Origin: a virus | Direction: 5' to 3' (one strand) | Length of the DNA stretch: 64,000 nucleotides | IMG/VR virus record: IMGVR_UViG_3300042445_001170 | Location: 1 to 64,000 of that record | In this document: positions 52,691 through 62,806 of the stretch, in pieces | Layout: each line of letters begins with the position of its first letter | Numbering within the stretch: the first letter of the stretch is position 1 | Translations under genes and position numbers: made by a program | Notes under the pieces: model-generated | Database searches by the model: none | What the model was told of the DNA's origin: nothing | The model's input: only the letters and a program-made list of their open reading frames with translations

Positions 52691-53437
52691 TTATATAGTC
52701 TTTGCTATATGCTTGACTATCTTTTCATAGTACTTTTGAGTCATATGGTCATTTAATAAAATCTTTAAAGGTTTTTTAGGCTGCATGTATGGCTCAATCA
52801 TGTCTGTACCTAGTATTTCGTCTACCCTTATAGGGGCCTCCAGCCCTCTTTCTAAGCATTGTTTTCTAAGCTCCTCTACAAACACTAGGTGCTGTTCATA
52901 TCTCCGCTCAAACTCAATGTCTGGGTCACTTGAATTTATTCTCCACCCATTAGTTATGATGCATATAAACTGTGGCAGTGGTTCCATAAATACTATACGG
53001 CATTTATCAAACTTATTTAAAACATTATCCATGTATTGAGATACTACATCTGCAGCAGATTTATAATTATTTAGATGTGTTTGTGGTAGCCAATTTCTAA
53101 TGTCTATGTATCCAAGCCAAGGTATAACAACATTTCCATCCTGATTCCAATTATCAAGAATATATTTCTGTGTTCCGCTTGCAAAGTTTTCAAAATCATA
53201 ATTAAGGGCAGATCGTCCTGGATGTGAGGACATCCATATTTTTATATCTGAGTCTTCATACATTCTTAATGAGTCTCTAAGCCAAACTTCGTTACCGTTT
53301 TCTATGTATCTGGTTACGTAATTCTGATCGGAGTCTTTAAACTCCAACGCAACGTTCTCTCTAAGAAAAACATCTGGCACACAGTTGCCAAGCTTTGCTG
53401 TGTGTGAGTCTCCAACTATTAATATATTTCTCATCAT
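52691..53437 (-). CDS. SGNH/GDSL-like protein
   Basis: IVGDSHT, NDH; paralog of 15439-16113. Confidence 0.55.
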   Translation of the reverse strand: MMRNILIVGDSHTAKLGNCVPDVFLRENVALEFKDSDQNYVTRYIENGNEVWLRDSLRMYEDSDIKIWMSSHPGRSALNYDFENFASGTQKYILDNWNQDGNVVIPWLGYIDIRNWLPQTHLNNYKSAADVVSQYMDNVLNKFDKCRIVFMEPLPQFICIITNGWRINSSDPDIEFERRYEQHLVFVEELRKQCLERGLEAPIRVDEILGTDMIEPYMQPKKPLKILLNDHMTQKYYEKIVKHIAKTI

Positions 53438-53457
53438 ATCTCCATTATACTATTTTG

Positions 53458-53530
53458 TGTCCCCAGATGGTATCGAACCATCGACCCGCAGATTAAAAGT
53501 CTGCTGCTCTACCAGCTGAGCTATAGGAAC
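53458..53530 (-). tRNA. tRNA-Lys(UUU)
   Basis: GCAGA-CTTTTAA-TCTGC. Confidence 0.95.
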
Positions 53531-53531
53531 G

Positions 53532-53603
53532 TACCCCTGGCTGGGATCGAACCAGCGACCTACAGATTAGAAGTCTGTTGCTCTTCCGCTGAGCTACAAA
53601 GGT
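53532..53603 (-). tRNA. tRNA-Arg(UCU)
   Basis: ACAGA-CTTCTAA-TCTGT. Confidence 0.95.
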
Positions 53604-53604
53604 G

Positions 53605-53678
53605 TGCAACAGGTAGGACTTGAACCTACGATTACCGAATTATGAGTTCGGGGCTTTAACCAACTAAGCTACTGTTGC
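53605..53678 (-). tRNA. tRNA-Met/Ile2(CAU)
   Basis: CCGAA-CTCATAA-TTCGG. Confidence 0.9.
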
Positions 53679-53703
53679 CTAGTTGAAAGTATACCTAATA
53701 TAC

Positions 53704-53937
53704 TTAATTTTTGTCAATAGATTGTTCGACTATTTGCTGCACATACTCAGAAAAATGTTTTCTAATTGATCCCATTGGTCTTGACCCAAAAGACTCCCAG
53801 AGTCTTTTATACTCAACAATATTTGAAAATGTTGTTGGGCACACTACAGTTCCATTATACTCCCTAAGTACGGTTGGTAGCGGAACATGCTTGCTGCAGC
53901 ACTTACACTCTTTTGCTTTTTCTTGGTATTCGCTCAT
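53704..53937 (-). CDS. Hypothetical protein
   Basis: ATGA-coupled to the terminase. Confidence 0.65.
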   Translation of the reverse strand: MSEYQEKAKECKCCSKHVPLPTVLREYNGTVVCPTTFSNIVEYKRLWESFGSRPMGSIRKHFSEYVQQIVEQSIDKN

Positions 53938-55736
53938 ATTATTTGCATCCTGTCCATTGCTTCTCTTAAGTCTTCAGGCATTCTTGGCGCCCTAATCATA
54001 TTATAACTTGTTGTTTCAGGATCATCTTTTGATCCAAAATCATTATCGTAACTCATTGATTCATATGTATGTATATTTATCTCTTGGTTATTATCAAACT
54101 TTGTTCTGCTTATTGAATTAAATATAGCGCCACATGTAGCATCTGCTAAGTCCTTAGAGCCTTTTCTTGGGTGGTCCACCCTGTCTCTCATAATTCTAAG
54201 CTGGCAGAGTTCGTCAATAAGCAAAGGTATATGTGGGCCAATCAATCTTTCTTCCGCAACGATCATAGCCATATCATCATAATGTTTTTTAGCGACAGAC
54301 AGAATCTCTGTATTGATGCCATATTGTTTTAGTTGTTGCATCATATCATGAGAGTTCCATCTGTCAAAGGTACATACTGCTATATTGAATCCCCTTGTTT
54401 TAAGAGACAGAATATAGTCTTTTACTTCAGTAAAATCTACAGATTTATCTGGGGTCGGGGTCCAGTATCTAACAGCGTCAATCTCCACAATTGGAGCAGG
54501 CTGTGAATATGTGTCTGTTACTTTAACATTGACCCACCTATTAACGTGTGCCATAGTAACGGCACAATGGTCATGCTTCTGCGCTAAGTCTACATGGATA
54601 TAATATTTTTTATCTGGGTCTGGAAGAAACCACTCCTCCAGTCTTCCAAATGTATCTACTGCTATTTGTCCTACGCTAAAAGCTTTTTCTACTTTTTCTC
54701 TTGATTTAAAAAATGCATCAACTGCGTCAGGTGGCATGCAAGCAAATCTTGATAAAGCGTCTGTTGGGTTTGTATAGAAGGCTGTCTTAAAGTCATCAAT
54801 TTTTCTAACTGGGTTGATCTCCCAAGTCGGGCGCTTAATAGCATATACTTTAGGTATCTTGTAAGATATGATATGGTCTTCTTCCCACTGTATTTCAAAC
54901 TCATTGCCATCCGTCCCATCAGGAATCTCTTCATACATTTTAAACTTATGTTCCCTGATTACCGTTTCCTTTTCGCCAATTACAGCATCATATCTTTGCT
55001 GAATATAATCATTCTTAAATCTAGGAAATGAAAGCAATATAACTTTGCCAAAATCTGGGAAACGTGAGTCAACGGATGCCCTGTACATGTCATAAACTGC
55101 ACTACCAGTTTTTGCTTGATCATGGCCAGTTGTATTTTCAATTGCAAATCCAGATATCTCGTCAAGAATAACAACTATAACGTTGTATCCTTCCCACGCC
55201 TCTCTTTCCGAGTGCCCAGAGTGAACTGTGATTGCCTTGTCAAACTGTATTTCAGATGCCTTTGCATAGTATTTACCAACAAACCATGGAGACTTGTCTA
55301 TTCGGCTTCTAAAGCCTTTAAAAAACACATTGCTTGCTTGCTGCGAGTTTATAGCAATATTAATTATATCAATTGAGTCACCAGGAGGCTTGCCATAATA
55401 TGTTGCTGGGTCTTTTAAACATAGTAGTAAATAAACTATGTAGGCTACAGCAATTGTTGAGCAATAATCTTTTCCAGAGCCTTTACCTAATTGTGCTACA
55501 ACTTCATTAGCGGTTTGTTTAAATCTAATAGCACCTTCTTCTTCACCAAATAATTTTTTTAGCGTAGACTCTTTATAAATCTGAGAGCTTTTTTCAATTA
55601 AAGTATACTGATACTCTGATAGGGGCGGCAAGCCCAAGTAGTTTGGATCATTTACAAATGTCCTTAAATCTACTGGCTTTTCTTCAAACTCTTCACCGTC
55701 CAGAATATCTATTAAGTCAGAAAAATCAAAGGTCAT
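53934..55736 (-). CDS. terL: Terminase large subunit
   Basis: GKGSGKD Walker A, VILDE Walker B, HVDLA and KDLADA nuclease motifs. Confidence 0.88.
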   Translation of the reverse strand: MTFDFSDLIDILDGEEFEEKPVDLRTFVNDPNYLGLPPLSEYQYTLIEKSSQIYKESTLKKLFGEEEGAIRFKQTANEVVAQLGKGSGKDYCSTIAVAYIVYLLLCLKDPATYYGKPPGDSIDIINIAINSQQASNVFFKGFRSRIDKSPWFVGKYYAKASEIQFDKAITVHSGHSEREAWEGYNVIVVILDEISGFAIENTTGHDQAKTGSAVYDMYRASVDSRFPDFGKVILLSFPRFKNDYIQQRYDAVIGEKETVIREHKFKMYEEIPDGTDGNEFEIQWEEDHIISYKIPKVYAIKRPTWEINPVRKIDDFKTAFYTNPTDALSRFACMPPDAVDAFFKSREKVEKAFSVGQIAVDTFGRLEEWFLPDPDKKYYIHVDLAQKHDHCAVTMAHVNRWVNVKVTDTYSQPAPIVEIDAVRYWTPTPDKSVDFTEVKDYILSLKTRGFNIAVCTFDRWNSHDMMQQLKQYGINTEILSVAKKHYDDMAMIVAEERLIGPHIPLLIDELCQLRIMRDRVDHPRKGSKDLADATCGAIFNSISRTKFDNNQEINIHTYESMSYDNDFGSKDDPETTSYNMIRAPRMPEDLREAMDRMQII

Positions 55737-56326
55737 TTTACACCCAATGGGACATCAATATATACAAAAATTTTATTAGAGTGTGTATATCTTATATCAC
55801 TCTCTAAGGCCAGCACCTCATGAGATATGTCTGATCTATGAATTAGCATATCACCCTTTTCTGGTTTGTATTGCATTCCAATCTCTGGGTACGATATCTC
55901 TGCGCCATCATAATCATTAAAATAAAATATAACGCCATGGGTAGTATATTCAGCTGGGTATACGGTATCGCCCTCTTTTACACTTAAGTTAGCTTCAAGC
56001 AAATGAATTGAGTCATGGTTATCTTTATGAAGATTCCATGTCTGGCCTTTTATAAATTTTACAAGGCTAAGGTTTTCTCCAAGATAAAAATCTTTTTTTA
56101 AAATAGATTTTAAATGGTTGTGCACTGGGAGTAAATGGCTTATTTGTTTCTTGGTAGATTTATACCAATCTCTTTCAAACCACATGTTGTCTGGGACGCT
56201 ACTTGCAACACCAGTAATAGAATCACAATCCTGATCAGAAATAAATTTTTTATACACCCATATGCCATCACTTAATTTTTTAAAATTGTCTACGCTTGCA
56301 GAAAATGGAAATGTATTAGACAGCAT
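55733..56326 (-). CDS. 2OG-Fe(II) oxygenase
   Basis: HKD, YFNDYDGAEISYP, SHEV...R. Confidence 0.8.
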   Translation of the reverse strand: MLSNTFPFSASVDNFKKLSDGIWVYKKFISDQDCDSITGVASSVPDNMWFERDWYKSTKKQISHLLPVHNHLKSILKKDFYLGENLSLVKFIKGQTWNLHKDNHDSIHLLEANLSVKEGDTVYPAEYTTHGVIFYFNDYDGAEISYPEIGMQYKPEKGDMLIHRSDISHEVLALESDIRYTHSNKIFVYIDVPLGVK

Positions 56327-56852
56327 CTGACTCGTGAATCAGAACGCTCTCAACAATACCTGTTATTTGAGATAATCTTTTTGCAACATCTAGTTTGCAT
56401 TTAGGGCACCCAGCAGTCACTTCTTTTAGGATTCCAACAAGGATGTCTTGCTTCCTTTCAGTTTCGGCAATTTGAGATGCAATCTGAGTATTCTCAAGAA
56501 CTCCGACTGACTGTAGCATTGCTATTCTTTTTGTTTCAATGTCTGCAATTAATTTAAGGGCGCCAGCCTTTACACTAAGCTGTCCCTGTGTATCAGCATC
56601 TTCTACTGTTTTCCAGGCTTCTTTAATTAACATTGCATAATGCTCATCCGCACCAGATATTGCCTCTCTTGCACGGTCTCTTAAGTTGGTATCATTATGG
56701 ACCACGGACTTCCATTCATCAACATACTCAAGAACCTCTTTTCTAGAGAATCCAGTAAGTGTTGCTATTTGTGTTGCCGAGTTACCCTTTAATAATTCCT
56801 GAACAACCTTGTTCATTCTGTCAAAGTGTACGGCAGGCTCTAATTCGCTCAT
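56316..56852 (-). CDS. HTH protein, candidate terminase small subunit
   Basis: SATQIATLTGFSRKEV HTH; helical; upstream of terL. Confidence 0.55.
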   Translation of the reverse strand: MSELEPAVHFDRMNKVVQELLKGNSATQIATLTGFSRKEVLEYVDEWKSVVHNDTNLRDRAREAISGADEHYAMLIKEAWKTVEDADTQGQLSVKAGALKLIADIETKRIAMLQSVGVLENTQIASQIAETERKQDILVGILKEVTAGCPKCKLDVAKRLSQITGIVESVLIHESDAV

Positions 56853-56879
56853 ATATAAATTATACCATGTTTTAGTTGA

Positions 56880-57206
56880 CTAAGACTTATTGGCAATTTT
56901 AAGAAGAATCAGATACCCAATTAAATCATCTATGTCATTATCTCCTGGAAAAGCTTGATCATTTTGAATCCTATTTAGCTTATCATCAATACGAACTCTA
57001 ATCTGCTCTGTTGAATCCGCCTTTGAAAATATACGGATTGGATCAAGAGCAGAGTTGCCATAGGACACATTTTTTTTAATTAGCATTTCTGCCATCTCTA
57101 AGCACTCTACAATTATCTTATGTCCAGAAGGAGCATCTGTTGCTATTAGCTGTAGGTCTGTTATCCAAGCCTGGTATCCGCCAGCCTTGTTTGGATAATC
57201 TGTCAT
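56880..57206 (-). CDS. Nucleotide-modification-associated domain 1 (DUF1599-like) protein
   Basis: KKNVSYGNS...RIDDKLNRI...DDLIGY. Confidence 0.7.
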   Translation of the reverse strand: MTDYPNKAGGYQAWITDLQLIATDAPSGHKIIVECLEMAEMLIKKNVSYGNSALDPIRIFSKADSTEQIRVRIDDKLNRIQNDQAFPGDNDIDDLIGYLILLKIANKS

Positions 57207-57207
57207 T

Positions 57208-57741
57208 TTATTCCTTTGGCTTTAATACTGCAATGAACTGCTCATTATTGTTTAGATCAGTATTTGTAGTTAGTATGTCAATGATAAAATATCTTTCGAG
57301 AATTGTCAAGATGTCTTTATTTCCATCATCCATGAGTCTGCGTCCGTGAACCACAAATCTGTTTGACATATTAACAATATCTTCTAGGTATGGAACTAGG
57401 TACTCTTCTTCAATATGGTCTAGTACAGAAAGAGCAAGTATCGCATCAAACTTTTTTGTCTTTAAGCTATCCCAGTCAGATGTGTATTTTACCCTAGATT
57501 TATCAAATAGTCCATCAAAGTTGTCTACAAGATCTACAACATTGGGTATATCGTATGCTGTTACATGGTTGAATGTCTGAAGAATAGAGTCTAGGTTTCT
57601 TCCAACTCCCGCACCAAATTCAAGAGCAGATTTTCCTTCTCTCATTGCATCAATAACTTCATTGTATACAGAGGTTTTGTTTAGCTCAGTAAAATAATCT
57701 ATGCCATTTTGCCCAACAAGAGCATCCCAAAAATCTTTCAT
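57208..57741 (-). CDS. Class I SAM methyltransferase
   Basis: ALEFGAGVGR, YDI, FDAILALSVLDHI. Confidence 0.82.
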   Translation of the reverse strand: MKDFWDALVGQNGIDYFTELNKTSVYNEVIDAMREGKSALEFGAGVGRNLDSILQTFNHVTAYDIPNVVDLVDNFDGLFDKSRVKYTSDWDSLKTKKFDAILALSVLDHIEEEYLVPYLEDIVNMSNRFVVHGRRLMDDGNKDILTILERYFIIDILTTNTDLNNNEQFIAVLKPKE

Positions 57742-57884
57742 TTTTTTCTAACCAACCCGAATTCCTGTAAATATCTCTGTATAGTCATAGCAGAGACCCC
57801 GCATTCTTTTCCTATTTCAGTAACAGTTTTCTTTTGAACAATATATTTTCTATACAGCCAATCTTTACTTTGATATAATTTCAT
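57738..57884 (-). CDS. Small HTH protein (48 aa)
   Basis: WLYRKY...EIGKECGVSAMTIQRYL. Confidence 0.75.
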   Translation of the reverse strand: MKLYQSKDWLYRKYIVQKKTVTEIGKECGVSAMTIQRYLQEFGLVRKK

Positions 57885-58447
57885 CTTTTTGTAAGCACCT
57901 GGTTGCTGTAGTGTGCTATGCCAAAACTATCTGCAACATCAAAATCTGAAATCTGTAGGGAATACTTTTTATTAAAGTAGTCTACAGTTCTTTGCTTACG
58001 CATATTCCTTAATTGATTCTTGTACCATGAGTCTGCATACCCTGGGTTTGCCAACCTTATTGCAGACTTTTCATCTTTTGTAGGATTTTTGTTGCCAATG
58101 TAGGCCTGCCATGCGGATGGGCTAATGGTGATAACCTTAGCGCCAGTAGACATTAGCTCAGCAATAACAACTCCATAGACATATGATAATTTTATCACAG
58201 CATCAGGTGATCTGACAAGTATGGCACCTTCAACTACTATATAATCACTCTTAAGCTCATCTAACATCATTGCCATTTTATTTTTTGCATCGTAAATTTT
58301 TTCATATATGTCTTCACCGACTAGGTTGATCTTACCCCACTTAAGAGGTACATCGCCTTCCATTAAACAAAAGGCTATAGAGTTTGTTGAAGCATCTATG
58401 CCCAAAACCCTATTTGCTTTTGTTTTTACAAGGCTAGCTAATTTCAT
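57881..58447 (-). CDS. ruvC: RuvC-like Holliday junction resolvase
   Basis: VLGIDAST, VVE, DVADSFGIA. Confidence 0.8.
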   Translation of the reverse strand: MKLASLVKTKANRVLGIDASTNSIAFCLMEGDVPLKWGKINLVGEDIYEKIYDAKNKMAMMLDELKSDYIVVEGAILVRSPDAVIKLSYVYGVVIAELMSTGAKVITISPSAWQAYIGNKNPTKDEKSAIRLANPGYADSWYKNQLRNMRKQRTVDYFNKKYSLQISDFDVADSFGIAHYSNQVLTKR

Positions 58448-58712
58448 CGAGGATGTCCTGCAATAACTTTCTGGCCTTGGAGTTAGTCTCTTTTAGACAT
58501 GAAGAGCAAATGTCGTCTGAATTATATCTGCTTAGCTGCGATTTACATTTTTTGCAAAGTCTTACTGCGCCCTTTTTGATAGCCTTTTTCTCATAATACT
58601 TTTGCATAATTCTTTTATTAGTTGCAACTCGGCAACATTCGTCAGAACAATACTTTTGATTATGTGTTTTTGAATCAAACTCTTTGGCACATTCGGTATT
58701 AGCGCAAATCAT
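58434..58712 (-). CDS. Cys-rich Zn-binding protein
   Basis: C...C...KYCSDEC...CKKC...CSSC. Confidence 0.7.
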   Translation of the reverse strand: MICANTECAKEFDSKTHNQKYCSDECCRVATNKRIMQKYYEKKAIKKGAVRLCKKCKSQLSRYNSDDICSSCLKETNSKARKLLQDILDEIS

Positions 58713-59500
58713 ATTTTGGGCACCTTATATAAATCTATTTCAACTGTACCGACTGGACCAGACTTGTCATAGCAAGCTTTTTTAACTGGGCAATACGTGC
58801 AAGGCATCTTAGACTTTGTAGATCCTGCTGGCCTTACTGGAAGTTCTCCATTTTTAAAGTTATCCCAGACTTGCTCCATCCATGCGAAAGCTTCTTCAAT
58901 TATTGCCTTGTTCTTTTCATTCATTGAAATTGGAATAATTAATATCTCTTGGGTGTTCTTGTTTTCATATAGAAAGAACCCCTCTTTAGCATTCTTTAGC
59001 TTCATATAGGTTAACAGCTGAAGCATGTGGTTAGCTGATGACTTCATCTCCGACTGTCTGGTATCCCAAACCTCTTGCTTTGCCGTTTTAATTTCACCAA
59101 TTACAGTTTCGCCATCATACTCCATAATTAGATCGATAAACCCTCTGATAGGTGGATATTCGTTAACAATCTCTTCTTCCTCAGCTTTCCACTCAGGCAT
59201 TGTGCTGATGAGCTTCTGGAGTCTTTCGTGGGCCTGTGTGCCTTGAGCCATGTTTGCAACTGCTACGGCGTCATTATCATCAATAAATACAGCACCAGAA
59301 AAAGCCATGTACCAATATCTTGGGCATGTGCCATGACCGTATCCAAGGGAGCTTGGGCTAAATGACTTCTTGGTCATCTCTCCATCTGCTCTTTTGGTAT
59401 TGCGATAAGACTCATCAAGTAATGCAGCAAATTTTTCTGGGTCGAAGAATTTTCCAGTGTGCTTTTTAAACTTAAGGTTCTTTACAATATCTCTAGCCAT
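58709..59500 (-). CDS. Cas4-like PD-(D/E)XK exonuclease
   Basis: CPR, GT..H, ID, EIKT, QLLTY, CTYCP...C. Confidence 0.85.
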   Translation of the reverse strand: MARDIVKNLKFKKHTGKFFDPEKFAALLDESYRNTKRADGEMTKKSFSPSSLGYGHGTCPRYWYMAFSGAVFIDDNDAVAVANMAQGTQAHERLQKLISTMPEWKAEEEEIVNEYPPIRGFIDLIMEYDGETVIGEIKTAKQEVWDTRQSEMKSSANHMLQLLTYMKLKNAKEGFFLYENKNTQEILIIPISMNEKNKAIIEEAFAWMEQVWDNFKNGELPVRPAGSTKSKMPCTYCPVKKACYDKSGPVGTVEIDLYKVPKI

Positions 59501-59839
59501 TTATGAGTTATACCTAACGACATACTTAAGTGCATCTACAAGTTTGTCTATGGACTCCTTTACTGAGTAATATACATTTTTCTTATTGTTATTTACGGTT
59601 CCTGCTTTGTCCTTAGCAATTGTTGAATATACTGAAGACATCACTGCAAACTTAGTAGACATAGCCTGAAGCTCCATTATAAGCATTGGGGCCTTTGCTG
59701 ATGGTACATCTGGAGTCATTAGTAGCTTAACAACAATAGCAAGTGCCTTATCAAGATGCTCATCTTGCATATATTCATGCAGATCATTGAACTCAGTGAT
59801 ATCACTAATTAGTTGAAGTGTATTTTTATCTTCCGCCAT
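59501..59839 (-). CDS. Hypothetical helical protein
   Basis: Start moved to MAEDK. Confidence 0.7.
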   Translation of the reverse strand: MAEDKNTLQLISDITEFNDLHEYMQDEHLDKALAIVVKLLMTPDVPSAKAPMLIMELQAMSTKFAVMSSVYSTIAKDKAGTVNNNKKNVYYSVKESIDKLVDALKYVVRYNS

Positions 59840-59926
59840 CTTTAATCCTTTTGTCCCACTTGTCAATGAATAGCCCAATTGGGTACCCTAATGTAAATCC
59901 TACCATTAATCCTAAAAGAAAGATAG

Positions 59927-60898
59927 TCATCTTAATCTTCCGTCAACATATATATGATTTTCTTTTGCAACTTCAACTTTAATTGAAGGGTTTACATCTT
60001 GCCACACGGTTCCTTCAATACGAACTTCACGGTCATATATTCCAGTAGAAACCTTTGCCTGCACATCTTCATCTACTAAACGCAGCCATTCTTCTTCACC
60101 ATACTTGGCAATACCATCTGCCCATTCTTGTGATCCTGGGTAGTCCCACTGTGCAAAAACTCTTACAAAAACTTTTTTGTTTCCTTCGGTTACTGCTTTT
60201 GCTGAATGGAAATATGGTATTCCTGATGGGAATACTGTGACGTCGCCTACACCTGGCTTATATGTAACAACATTTGGGATCTCATCAATTTCATTTAAGA
60301 ATTCCACTTCTCCACCAGTATAGTCATCATTCACGTATATCGTGATTGTGATAATCTGCTGGGCTCTTGGCTGACCAACTCTGTGCTTATGTGCGTCAGT
60401 GTGAAACGTAATTGCAAGATTTTTCTCTGCATGTATGTCGTGCTTTAAAACCTCAATGACTGAGTAGTGCATTCTTGTTGAGCCAGGTCCATTAAGCTCC
60501 CAATTATCAATATACTCTGGCCAGTATCCAGACTCTGACCACTCATTAATATAGTCATCAAAAACTATTTTAAATATAGAATACAGCTTTTCTCTGAAGT
60601 CATATAGAAACTTAATGTTTTCATCTTCAATTACATTTGGTCTATGCTTAAAATTAAAAAATGTCTTTTTGCCAAATGTATGCCATGGGACCCATTTATT
60701 TATAGGCGAATTATCTCTTTGCTCTATCGGTAGAGTTCCATGATTGTCTCCTCTTGTCGAGTCTTCCTCATGCACAATCTCAAACTCACTAGTATCATTT
60801 TCATATAAGTCCATTAAGTCATAAAACCTCTTTAGCTCATTTTTATCAAAAAGATCTCTATATATAACAACCTGCGGCATAACCTGATATTTATTCAT
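59927..60898 (-). CDS. 2OG-Fe(II) oxygenase
   Basis: HTD, YVNDDYTGGEVEF, YFHS; similar to 14500-15402. Confidence 0.82.
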   Translation of the reverse strand: MNKYQVMPQVVIYRDLFDKNELKRFYDLMDLYENDTSEFEIVHEEDSTRGDNHGTLPIEQRDNSPINKWVPWHTFGKKTFFNFKHRPNVIEDENIKFLYDFREKLYSIFKIVFDDYINEWSESGYWPEYIDNWELNGPGSTRMHYSVIEVLKHDIHAEKNLAITFHTDAHKHRVGQPRAQQIITITIYVNDDYTGGEVEFLNEIDEIPNVVTYKPGVGDVTVFPSGIPYFHSAKAVTEGNKKVFVRVFAQWDYPGSQEWADGIAKYGEEEWLRLVDEDVQAKVSTGIYDREVRIEGTVWQDVNPSIKVEVAKENHIYVDGRLR

Positions 60899-61196
60899 TG
60901 TGTTCCTCCCAGAACTGTATTAACTCTTCTAAAACCGACCACTCTATTATTCCCAGCCTAACCTTAGACTCAGAACCAATAATAATTTTTAGCGCTGGGT
61001 GCATGTCCCTGTTTACCTTAAAGGTATCTGTGCATATCTTTGCCCAGTTATCTTTATTCAAAGTAAAAGAAACGCCAGCTTCTTTATAGTCTACAAGGAA
61101 TTGCTTCCACTGTGCATCACCCTTTTGATAGTCACCTCTACCAGAATTTTTTTGTGCTTTTGCGCCATCTCTTTTAACTTCAGCTCTCTCAGACAT
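60891..61196 (-). CDS. PD-(D/E)XK resolvase-like protein
   Basis: NSGRG...KGDA...LVDYKE. Confidence 0.65.
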   Translation of the reverse strand: MSERAEVKRDGAKAQKNSGRGDYQKGDAQWKQFLVDYKEAGVSFTLNKDNWAKICTDTFKVNRDMHPALKIIIGSESKVRLGIIEWSVLEELIQFWEEHNE

Positions 61197-61393
61197 TATC
61201 CAACCGAATACCTTGTCTCATGTCCATCTTTACATTTCCAATACATTTCCATTGTTTGATTATTAAATTGATATGTATCAACATATAAATCACACTTAGA
61301 ACAGGGTCTCATTTGTTCTATAACTTCAACCCTTTCATCAAGAGGCACTGTTTCAATAGTAGATTTGCTTAAAAACTCATCAAGATTTGGCAC
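61196..61393 (-). CDS. Zn-ribbon protein
   Basis: CSKC...WKCKDGH; probable GTG start. Confidence 0.6.
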   Translation of the reverse strand: MPNLDEFLSKSTIETVPLDERVEVIEQMRPCSKCDLYVDTYQFNNQTMEMYWKCKDGHETRYSVG

Positions 61394-62384
61394 TGATATC
61401 CTCAATTAGACTGTCAACAACCTCTGGGTTATCACGTAAATATTGAACTGCCTTTGCACGTCCTTGAAGTCTTTCTCCATTAACAGTATACCAAGCGCCG
61501 CCCTTTTCAATTGCTCCGACCATTTCTGCAACATCAAGAGTTTCCCCAACTAAGTCTACTCCTAGTGAGTCTCCTTGGTAGTAGAAATCGTATTGTCCAG
61601 ATAAGTTAGGGGGGCCGAGCTTGTTGTAATCAATAATCCAATTGACTGGTCTGCCAACCCTTTGTTCAATAATTTTGTCACCGACCCTAATGCCAGCTTT
61701 GATAGCATTAGCCTCAGCCTCAGAAGACCAAAGCTTAATGACGGTGGAAGAGAAGAACTTGACTGCCATTCCTCCTGTCGGTATATGGGAGGCATGCATA
61801 GATCCAAACTGATTTCTCTGTTGTGAGATGAGTACCAATAATGTGTTCTTGTTTGCATAGTTTAACATTTTGACTGCGTGAGTCATATCCTTTGCTTCAG
61901 CGCCGATTTGCTTTGTGTCTTGCAAATCTTTCATTTCATTTCCATCTTTTTCAAAATAAATAGCTGGCAAGAGTGCTGAAATAGAATCAACAACAATAAT
62001 ATCTACACCAGCATCCATTAGCTTTGTTGCTACATCGACCATATCGTTAACGGTTTTTGCTGGTGAGTAAATAAGGGAAGAAGAATCTACTCCAAGCATT
62101 TCTGCCCATGACTGATCGTACGATGCCTCTGCATCAATCCACGCACAAGTTTTACCTTCTTTTTGTGCGAGGGCAATCATCTGCAAACAAAATGAAGACT
62201 TTCCTGCAGATTTGTTTCCCCAAACAAGAACTTGTCTACCATAGCCTAATCCACCTTTGAGGGCCATGTTTAAGCCAATGCTAGGTGTCTTTTGCTTTTC
62301 AACTTTTACATCTTGTGCTGCTTTTACTCTTGCTCTTGTTTTTGGATCTAATCCCGCTAGGATGTCATCAATCGCTATAGTCAT
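61380..62384 (-). CDS. recA: RecA/UvsX-like recombinase
   Basis: GNKSAGKS, IDAE, IVVDS, TGGMAVKFFSS, KGGAWY. Confidence 0.92.
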   Translation of the reverse strand: MTIAIDDILAGLDPKTRARVKAAQDVKVEKQKTPSIGLNMALKGGLGYGRQVLVWGNKSAGKSSFCLQMIALAQKEGKTCAWIDAEASYDQSWAEMLGVDSSSLIYSPAKTVNDMVDVATKLMDAGVDIIVVDSISALLPAIYFEKDGNEMKDLQDTKQIGAEAKDMTHAVKMLNYANKNTLLVLISQQRNQFGSMHASHIPTGGMAVKFFSSTVIKLWSSEAEANAIKAGIRVGDKIIEQRVGRPVNWIIDYNKLGPPNLSGQYDFYYQGDSLGVDLVGETLDVAEMVGAIEKGGAWYTVNGERLQGRAKAVQYLRDNPEVVDSLIEDISAKS

Positions 62385-62416
62385 TTATTGTCTCTCTCTT
62401 TGATACAATTATATCA

Positions 62417-62806
62417 TTAAAATAAATTGCCGTGAAGCTTTGGTCTAGCCTTATTTTTTTCCATTTTTTTAAACAAAACTTCGTCAAGGCTGTGTTCTAC
62501 GAATCCGCCATTTCTCATTGATGCATAAAGATCAAGAGTTCTAATTAAGATGTCAACCATCTCTTCTACAATTTCTTCCGACCCTTTATTTTTTCTAATA
62601 GCCTCCAGCACCTCTGTTACTTCAGAATGCACTAATGCCAACTTATTCCCAAACACATCAAAGTTTTTTGGTTGATCCCAAAAACCTTTTTCAATTGCAG
62701 TTTCATGAAGCAGCGCAGAAAGAACATCAAGTCCATAATCTGTTGCTAGCTCTATTTCTTTATTCGAAACTTTCAATGAGCTGGTTGTTATTAAACCCTG
62801 ATCCAT
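62417..62806 (-). CDS. mazG: MazG-like NTP pyrophosphatase
   Basis: HSEVTEVLEAIRK...EEMVD...KMEKNKARP. Confidence 0.8.
   Translation of the reverse strand: MDQGLITTSSLKVSNKEIELATDYGLDVLSALLHETAIEKGFWDQPKNFDVFGNKLALVHSEVTEVLEAIRKNKGSEEIVEEMVDILIRTLDLYASMRNGGFVEHSLDEVLFKKMEKNKARPKLHGNLF

Noticed and set aside
58709-59500. CRISPR-Cas locus
   Set aside because: Solo Cas4-like nuclease in a recombination cluster; no other cas genes or array
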